A stretch of 43,011 nt of DNA, taken from a virus. Its lineage: Duplodnaviria; Caudoviricetes. The notes under the pieces were generated by a model. The model had not been told where the DNA came from. It did no database searches and worked only from the letters and a program-made list of their open reading frames with translations. The translations under genes and the position numbers were made by a program. Shown piece by piece: positions 36,129-43,011 of the stretch. The stretch spans positions 1 to 43,011 of IMG/VR virus record IMGVR_UViG_3300025502_000041; one strand, given 5' to 3'. The first letter of the stretch is position 1; every line of letters begins with the position of its first letter.

Positions 36129-37303
36129 TACTCTATGCCTATCGCAAATCTAAACTCAATGTAGTTTGTAGTATTGGCTATCTTAATTAATGGAAGAGCG
36201 TCTATACTTTTAACTACAGAATATCCAGTTAAACCATATAATGGATTTTGAGCTGTTACATTTTCAACTCTTATCGCGTCAATTGCTATGTAGTATTCTT
36301 CGGATGGAGAGCCATCATCAACAACAGAAACGTATATTTTACTTAGGTTCATTGCTGTCCATGAAAAGTTAGAGCTTTTAAATAGCTCTTGTAGCTGCTT
36401 CGTTACAACAAAATATCTATTTTTTGAAAAATCAAATTGTCCTGGCTGAGTTCCATTCTCTAAAGCAAACTCAAACCTTGCTGACTCATAGTCCTCCACC
36501 GATGCTCCTTCACCAGATGCGAACTCAAGTATTACTCTAACCTCATCTGGCGTCTGAAAAGACCCACCATCTTTATTAACTAAAGAAAAAGCAAACCTGA
36601 TTTCATCTGTCGGGGCTTGCCTATCAAAAATAGATGTGTTGATCCCATTAAGATGAATGTGGTTCCCAGAATCTACATTAAGCCTTCCATCTAGCCCCAC
36701 GGAAATGTCTGAAGTGTTTCCACGCATCATAATAATGTTATTTAAGAACCTGCATCTTTCGTTTCTAAGAACTCTGTCTTCTAGTGTAAAGATTCTGTTA
36801 TCTGCATTTGTTTGAAATACTGGATAGTCTTTTGGAGTTCCACTATTATATAGGTCATATTCACCAATAATAATATTATCATTGTTACCACCATCTAGTG
36901 GACTATAAATACTTTCAATAGATTCGGCAAGCGTTTCAGAGTGGTATTCCCAGTTCTCTGTTTGAGTAAATCCATACAAAAGACGACTGTCAACATTTGA
37001 AGCTGATGGGTTTGCCCCAGCTGAAAAAATTCCAATTTCTGTAATTTCATATCTTTCTTCTGTAGGCATTTCTGCAGTAAGAACGATCTTATCTATTCCA
37101 TCTTCGTTTACGTATCCTCTTGAAATAATCGGTGCACGGAACATCTCAAAGTCTAAAGAGTTTTTTGAAGAATAGTCTCCAAAGGTTCCGAGATCTCTAT
37201 CTACAGCTTGTGGGCCACAGCCTACAGCAATATAAGAGGCGTAAGCTGGTGCCTGCCCAACCAGATATTTAGCAAGAATGTTTTTACCAGTATTTGTTAT
37301 CAT
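36128..37303 (-). CDS. Minor tail / baseplate protein
   Basis: MITNTGKNILAKY...YIAVG...ITEIGIF fibre-collar-like N-terminus. Confidence 0.7.
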   Translation of the reverse strand: MITNTGKNILAKYLVGQAPAYASYIAVGCGPQAVDRDLGTFGDYSSKNSLDFEMFRAPIISRGYVNEDGIDKIVLTAEMPTEERYEITEIGIFSAGANPSASNVDSRLLYGFTQTENWEYHSETLAESIESIYSPLDGGNNDNIIIGEYDLYNSGTPKDYPVFQTNADNRIFTLEDRVLRNERCRFLNNIIMMRGNTSDISVGLDGRLNVDSGNHIHLNGINTSIFDRQAPTDEIRFAFSLVNKDGGSFQTPDEVRVILEFASGEGASVEDYESARFEFALENGTQPGQFDFSKNRYFVVTKQLQELFKSSNFSWTAMNLSKIYVSVVDDGSPSEEYYIAIDAIRVENVTAQNPLYGLTGYSVVKSIDALPLIKIANTTNYIEFRFAIGIE

Positions 37304-37311
37304 AATAATCC

Positions 37312-37791
37312 TTAATATATTGTATCATCTAGAATCTCTCCAGCCGCAAGAACTTGAATTTCTACTTCGTATTCTGGATCTAACGAAATAAGATCAACGA
37401 CTAGGTTGCCTGTGCCAATTTCTGAATATACAAATGTACCGTCAGGGCCAGACCCCACTATTGGAACATGATCTCCGAGCTCAATGGCGAAGCTTCTAAA
37501 TAAGTTATCTGCTGTATTCTGCAGGGCAATTATGTTTAGTGGATTATATTTTAGGTTGATGTTTGCTAAATTTGATATTGGTTGATAAATTATACTTTGT
37601 CCATTTACGGTGTCGCTTCTGGAAATGCTTAGAATTTCTCTGCCACCGATATTTTCAAAGACTAAGTTTGTCATAAGCTCTATCGATAGAGCTTCGTTGT
37701 CAATAAGAATGATGTCGGGACTCGCTACTCTAATCCCTAATTCTGAAGAGCTTGCGGTAGACTCTGGAATCATTGGTGTTGGGTTTACCAC
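37312..37791 (-). CDS. Tail-module protein
   Basis: Coupled to the large tail gene. Confidence 0.65.
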   Translation of the reverse strand: MVNPTPMIPESTASSSELGIRVASPDIILIDNEALSIELMTNLVFENIGGREILSISRSDTVNGQSIIYQPISNLANINLKYNPLNIIALQNTADNLFRSFAIELGDHVPIVGSGPDGTFVYSEIGTGNLVVDLISLDPEYEVEIQVLAAGEILDDTIY

Positions 37792-40700
37792 TACACAACC
37801 TCGCTAACATATACGTTCATAGATGGTCCAGCAGATGACCTGTCGTACTCAATACTATACACTACAAACCTGCTTGACGGGTTTGTAATTTCAGATACCC
37901 CATCTTTATTTGTATAGTCTATCTTTACGATGTCTCCAAGTTGAATAATCGGCATTGCAAAAATTTTGATTCCTAAAGATTTTCTTGGCTTCATTATTTT
38001 AGATATCATCCACCCCATAAGATTATTTGCATCATCCTGGCTTTGAATGTATGGCGCCTGTAGAGAAAACTCTTTCTTGCCATGGGTCATGCGACTGAAT
38101 TTAATGTCTTGGTACTGTTGTTTGGCTACAGATGGAGAAGATATGGTGCTAGTAGGAACAAAGTCTATATTAGAAAAGTCACTCTTTCTAGAAAAATATT
38201 CATCCACACTTAATTCATTGACTGACTCCTGTGTGAATGTAACACCCTGAATCCTAAGATAATTTCCGCTACTTTCATCTAGGCTTAAAGCTGTATCTGT
38301 GGCATTAAATATTAAGAACTCTGCACCGTATGCCCCAGCTAAGAAGCCAGATACAGTATAGCCCTTTATGCTGTTATAAGTAGGAGAAAGCTTTGCGTAC
38401 AATGCAGGGTAAGCCTTATCGTATCTTACATTAAAGTAAGAGGCCTCTCGCATAATAGTTCCAAACTCATCAAAGTACATGTTGTATTTCGGCGGCTCTG
38501 ATGAGCTAACACCAGAGAGATAGGTTTGCTTTACGATACCGCTCATAGAATATTTTCTAAATGATTCGCTAACAAGGACTTCGTCGTCATCAAACACTGA
38601 GCTTACTGGAGTGTCGAGTGCAAATATTGTGTTTTGGCTGTAGTTGTTTGCAATGGCATATATGTTTTCAAACATACACCTTGCAGAACCTCTTACGAAT
38701 AATCCCATGTTGTTATATTCTGGCAGTGGGCTAGGGTCATCTACCGTTGCAATCTGCTTATTATTTATATATAAATAAAATCTTCTAGATGTTCCAAAGT
38801 TTTGATATTCGACTGCGACGTCATATACGGTAGAGTTTGTCTCGCCAACCATACGAGACTGACCAACGAAGCTTCCGCTGTCAGCTATAATATTCGCAAG
38901 TCCAGTCCACAGCTTTACTGGTATGGCTGAAGAAGCTCCGACTTTCTTTTCTATCTTATAAAACACTAAGTTAAAGATATCTGGTCCAGTATCCTGCGTG
39001 GTTCCGTCAATGTCTGTCAAGGCTATCAGCTCAAAATAGTATCCGTTGTTTGTTTCTGGATTAATCATTACGGCCAGTCCGCCAGAAGCTCCACCAATAT
39101 TAATATTATTAGCTGGGGTTGCGCCAGGAGCTTCGTAGTATGAAGTACTTCCTACTGGGGTCTGACCTCTATTTTCATTGTTTTCAATCTTTCCGATTAT
39201 CCTCATCCTTGTTCCGAAGTGCTTAAACTTATTTGTTAGTGGCTTATGTACATATGAAATAAAATCAAGGGGGGATTCTGTGGTGTTAAATCTGGGACCA
39301 TTCATGATTAGGGCGGATGCCTGTACAGAACCTTTCTGAGTAGAATAAAGATTGTTTGCTGTATTCTCGTTAATAAAGGAACTGCTCATAAAGTTATGGA
39401 TAATGCTATTCCTTGTTGTCTTTGTTGCAAGAATATTGTTAATCCCAGCTGCCCCAATTTCTGTAGTGGGAACAGGGTTATTGGAAAAAAGGTGTGATGA
39501 TGACATGGTACATCCTCGCACGTTGTCATTATCATACCAATAAGGATCTATTCCAGCTGTATGAGAAACAATCTCAGTTCCGAATTGCCCCCTGCCATGC
39601 TTTACGACAGCGCCATTTGAAAGGTAGGTGGTTCCATCTATAACCTCAAAACTAGGCTCAGAGTATATTCTTACTAGGCCAGTGGGGTACAGCTTTCCAT
39701 TGAATGGAATTGTTGAAAAGTATTTTTGATACTCTTGTGTACTAGATATCCAAACATTACCAGTACCAGAAATGTTAAACTGAATTGCATCATATTTTAC
39801 TACTTCTGAGTTTGCATAGAAATAGCCCCTATACCTGCTCAACCAGTAAATCCCCTCTCCAAAATCAATTACGTTATTAACCACTTGCCTATTTATGACC
39901 TGTGGAACTAATTGGCTAAGGTCAGAGTTTAATGGCATAGCCGAAAGCACATAGCTTGATTGAGTATTTGACTGATCGTTTTGAGACTTAGTAGCTTCAG
40001 TTCCGGTGACCTCCCAAAGAAGTGCTGGCTTATATGTCCAAAATTTTTCCTCATCCAGAAGTGACGCTTGCTGAATGGTTCCCACTGATCTTTGAATATA
40101 TCTAGATGTATAGTTTATTTTTCCATCATTATAAACTTCGTTATCCTGAGAGGTAACCTCTTCAATGTTTGCAAGGTACGCAGATGTCTGCTTGTTTGTG
40201 TAAGCTTCATCTTTTATAAAGTCCTTTGATCCAAATAGCGTTAAATCTACATCTCTGGTAGATTCTTCTGGCATCATATACTCTTTGCTCATCATGATAA
40301 AGTTATTGTATTCATCAAAGAACATTGCTGTTTGAGTTGAGATTGCTATATCATTAAGAACTTGAGCTACCGTCATATCTGGTCCAACATAAAAATATGG
40401 AATAACAGTCTCTGATTCTTCAGATGCTTTTAAGAATTTATAATTAGCAAATCCTATTGAGTCCATTATAAGAGATACGGCATAGCTAACAGAGGCGTTC
40501 TGTATTAATACCTGTGGAGCATTAGTTGACTCAAAGTAAAAGAATAGGTCTCTTAGGTTTATATTAATAGACCTATTGTTGGCGTTGGCTTTTGGAAATC
40601 CGTCAGAGTACATTGTTTTAACTGGCACATGTTTCACCAGTTTTGATGGTAGAAATATTTTTTCATAAAATTTAATTTGAAAATTATTTGATATAAAACT

Positions 40701-42092
40701 AGAAACTATGCTATTTGAATTTTCTTTAATAAAAGCATTATCATAGTCAAAGATTTCTATTGATCCAGTAGATGCCAGAAGCTGACCTACTGGCATACCG
40801 CTAATGCCAAGATCAGAGGCATTTTTAGAAATTTGAAATGACACAGTTTTTTCAGAAAGATCTGTCTTTAATCTTGGAGATAGCTCTATAAGATCAAATG
40901 TTGAATCTTGAACATTCATAGTATCTACTACTACCCGAAGACCAGATAGATACTGAAACTCTGTATTTCTTATCTCTCCGTTTGATTCATCCAAGTATGT
41001 TTCTGGATTTGTCATTTCTGAAACAAGTGCAGTGTTCTCATTCATGTCTTGTTCTTGTAAATACCAGCCGTAAATCGGAGTAAATGTCTCATAAGAAGTA
41101 CCGCTCCATACATAATACCTACCTACATCTGTTGCAGATTTTTTTACTAAGTACGAAGAACCCAAGAAACTGATTTGTGGCAATAAGGATTCTGAAGAGT
41201 AGCCCCCAGACTTTACGAATATATCTTTGTATTGTTCTGGAATGATTAGCCCATAGGATATCTCAATGTAGCCATCACTTTTGATAATTGCTGTTCCATC
41301 AGTCCTGGATGAGTTCACATCAAACGATAGTGCATCAATCCAGCTATCTCCAGAGAGGTACTGAACTTTCCACTTTGCTGGAGTAGTCTGATTTTGATAT
41401 CCATAAAATGGATCTGGATAGGGAGAGGATATATTGGAGAATGGACCTAAGTCGATGTCCCCAACATTCGTCTGCATCTTTACTACAATTCTATTTGCTG
41501 GGACCTGGTTTTTATATACTATAAATGGAGCTGTGTCGTCTATGTAATATTGATTTTGGTATGGTTGGTTTGCTATTCCACGTTCTACCCCAGAATCGGT
41601 ACGGTAGGATGTCCAGTATTTAAACTGGTCATCTTTGTGTGCCATGTAATACCTTGGACGTCTTGCTTGCTCTGGATTTGAGTGAAATGTGTATCTATCA
41701 CCAAAGTATCTTAGTTTATTTATACCAGACCTGGGCCTAAACTTATTGAAGCAATCTTCTAAAGAAAATAAAAGCTTTTCTTTTTCTTTTTGAGATAAGA
41801 ATGTTATAGGGATGTCTTGGTCATCTACTCCGCCATCAAAGATGGTGTCTGCGTCTGTTGCTCCAGTATAGAATCTGCCCTCGTCATATTCCGTAAAATT
41901 ATTTGGCAATGCTGCATAGACACTCTGCTCAGCAACTGGTAGGGTTATTCTTTCAAGCGGCCTATACCGATAGTTTCCTATCTTAGAAACATTTTCTGCA
42001 ATATTCATGTTCCACTCTGCAATAACAGAAGACTCTAGTTTTATTACGGATGAAGTTTCTAGGTGATTTTTTAACTCTTGGTCCTGGAACAT
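37791..42092 (-). CDS. Large minor tail / central baseplate hub protein (~1430 aa)
   Basis: Size, position two genes after tape measure, C-terminal PIIQLGDIVKI hub-type motif; start at TAATG overlap 42092. Confidence 0.75.
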   Translation of the reverse strand: MFQDQELKNHLETSSVIKLESSVIAEWNMNIAENVSKIGNYRYRPLERITLPVAEQSVYAALPNNFTEYDEGRFYTGATDADTIFDGGVDDQDIPITFLSQKEKEKLLFSLEDCFNKFRPRSGINKLRYFGDRYTFHSNPEQARRPRYYMAHKDDQFKYWTSYRTDSGVERGIANQPYQNQYYIDDTAPFIVYKNQVPANRIVVKMQTNVGDIDLGPFSNISSPYPDPFYGYQNQTTPAKWKVQYLSGDSWIDALSFDVNSSRTDGTAIIKSDGYIEISYGLIIPEQYKDIFVKSGGYSSESLLPQISFLGSSYLVKKSATDVGRYYVWSGTSYETFTPIYGWYLQEQDMNENTALVSEMTNPETYLDESNGEIRNTEFQYLSGLRVVVDTMNVQDSTFDLIELSPRLKTDLSEKTVSFQISKNASDLGISGMPVGQLLASTGSIEIFDYDNAFIKENSNSIVSSFISNNFQIKFYEKIFLPSKLVKHVPVKTMYSDGFPKANANNRSININLRDLFFYFESTNAPQVLIQNASVSYAVSLIMDSIGFANYKFLKASEESETVIPYFYVGPDMTVAQVLNDIAISTQTAMFFDEYNNFIMMSKEYMMPEESTRDVDLTLFGSKDFIKDEAYTNKQTSAYLANIEEVTSQDNEVYNDGKINYTSRYIQRSVGTIQQASLLDEEKFWTYKPALLWEVTGTEATKSQNDQSNTQSSYVLSAMPLNSDLSQLVPQVINRQVVNNVIDFGEGIYWLSRYRGYFYANSEVVKYDAIQFNISGTGNVWISSTQEYQKYFSTIPFNGKLYPTGLVRIYSEPSFEVIDGTTYLSNGAVVKHGRGQFGTEIVSHTAGIDPYWYDNDNVRGCTMSSSHLFSNNPVPTTEIGAAGINNILATKTTRNSIIHNFMSSSFINENTANNLYSTQKGSVQASALIMNGPRFNTTESPLDFISYVHKPLTNKFKHFGTRMRIIGKIENNENRGQTPVGSTSYYEAPGATPANNINIGGASGGLAVMINPETNNGYYFELIALTDIDGTTQDTGPDIFNLVFYKIEKKVGASSAIPVKLWTGLANIIADSGSFVGQSRMVGETNSTVYDVAVEYQNFGTSRRFYLYINNKQIATVDDPSPLPEYNNMGLFVRGSARCMFENIYAIANNYSQNTIFALDTPVSSVFDDDEVLVSESFRKYSMSGIVKQTYLSGVSSSEPPKYNMYFDEFGTIMREASYFNVRYDKAYPALYAKLSPTYNSIKGYTVSGFLAGAYGAEFLIFNATDTALSLDESSGNYLRIQGVTFTQESVNELSVDEYFSRKSDFSNIDFVPTSTISSPSVAKQQYQDIKFSRMTHGKKEFSLQAPYIQSQDDANNLMGWMISKIMKPRKSLGIKIFAMPIIQLGDIVKIDYTNKDGVSEITNPSSRFVVYSIEYDRSSAGPSMNVYVSEVV

Positions 42093-42733
42093 TATACCTC
42101 TTCCAGTGCCAAAGATATATTCCAAAAGTCATAATTGCTTCCGCCTCTACGTTCAACACTGTGCTGAAAGTCTGCGAAGAATACTTCAACTATTTCATTA
42201 TATCTATTTAATTTATTAAATGAGGATGAGTCATCTCCAAAGTTTTTGTAATTATCGTATGCTAAGTAAACCCAAAAAGAACCCTGATGATTATTGTACC
42301 AATCTAAAAGCTCAACACCTCCTGCTCCGCCATCGGTAGTGTATTCCTGGTTGTTTGAGTTTTCATATGGAGACTTTCCAGTAGATTCGTCAAAGTCTGC
42401 GGGGAGCGAGTACGCTCTTGATGGCAACATGTTCCAAGAAGTATTAATGTTAAGTTTATCTGCAATATGATATGATCGCATTCTTCCATTAATCATTCTT
42501 TGTCTTTGCTCAATTCGATCTTGTTGCATGGATATCGCATCTCTATTGTCATCAGACAATATTATAAATTGACTCAAAAGTGACTCATCTGTTTCTGCTG
42601 TGTCTGCCCCAATTTCTATTCCATTAGGAATATAGAAACCGTCTACGATGGTACCTGGATTATCTGAAAACAGCATACCCTGTGGACGGCCACGCTGGCC
42701 TTTTCTTCCTAATAGGTAATCTTTAGTTGCCAT
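42092..42733 (-). CDS. Distal tail (Dit-like) protein
   Basis: Directly after tape measure; RMINGRMRSY...WNISLALEEV. Confidence 0.65.
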   Translation of the reverse strand: MATKDYLLGRKGQRGRPQGMLFSDNPGTIVDGFYIPNGIEIGADTAETDESLLSQFIILSDDNRDAISMQQDRIEQRQRMINGRMRSYHIADKLNINTSWNMLPSRAYSLPADFDESTGKSPYENSNNQEYTTDGGAGGVELLDWYNNHQGSFWVYLAYDNYKNFGDDSSSFNKLNRYNEIVEVFFADFQHSVERRGGSNYDFWNISLALEEV

Positions 42734-43011
42734 TAGAACCTACTACCCCTTAGTCTCATAGAGTCTACCTGCTTAATTTGATTCATTACGGATCTAGCTA
42801 TTTGATCTGGATTTGAGTCTGACTTAACGTTTACGTTGACGCTATAATTATACACTGATTCGCCTGCGTATGTGCCATTATTTATTGATTTTAAATTATT
42901 AACTCCAAAGCCATCTACGGCTGAACGCCTAACCACGAACTCTCCTGGAGTTAGCATTGCTGGCACAGTATCCGTGTTAATGCTTTGGAAAAGTCCACCC
43001 TGAGCCTTGTA
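42733..43011 (-). CDS. Tape measure protein, C-terminal end (5'-truncated by window edge)
   Basis: Frame open to 43011; AQGG...TDTVPAMLTPGEFVVRRSAV motif typical of tape-measure C-termini. Confidence 0.8.
   Translation of the reverse strand, partial: YKAQGGLFQSINTDTVPAMLTPGEFVVRRSAVDGFGVNNLKSINNGTYAGESVYNYSVNVNVKSDSNPDQIARSVMNQIKQVDSMRLRGSRF

Overview
A 43-kb segment of a large lytic dsDNA tailed phage, most likely infecting an actinobacterium. The host call rests on WhiB, class Ib nrdH/nrdI/nrdE/nrdF, an FmdB-type zinc ribbon, an actinobacterial-type GlyA, a tmRNA tag ending in FALAA and many leaderless genes. From right to left on the minus strand: the end of the tape-measure and tail genes; a DNA replication/recombination block (DnaB, primase, SSB, DnaE, RecA, Cas4-like, two resolvases); terminase; nrdI-nrdE-nrdF-glyA; tRNAs and tmRNA; an M23-LysM endolysin; WhiB. 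The left part is an accessory region of small genes (nrdH, groES, thyX, tRNA-Arg, HNH, DoxX, DEDDh nuclease, many microproteins) plus a ~1.2-kb AT-rich non-coding tract. The most interesting unannotated signals are: two promoter-driven rod-like small RNAs (1278-1351 +, 10358-10447 -); a three-hairpin element with a possible kissing loop (161-269); an origin- or terminus-like tract carrying a thrice-repeated CATTAMGAAG-N11-ATCGTGAG site and a 10-bp phased array; a ThyX+GlyA one-carbon loop coupled to ribonucleotide reductase; and a strict -10/6-nt/ATG leaderless gene architecture that reveals microproteins missed by the ORF track. All family assignments come from motif recognition by eye, not database searches.
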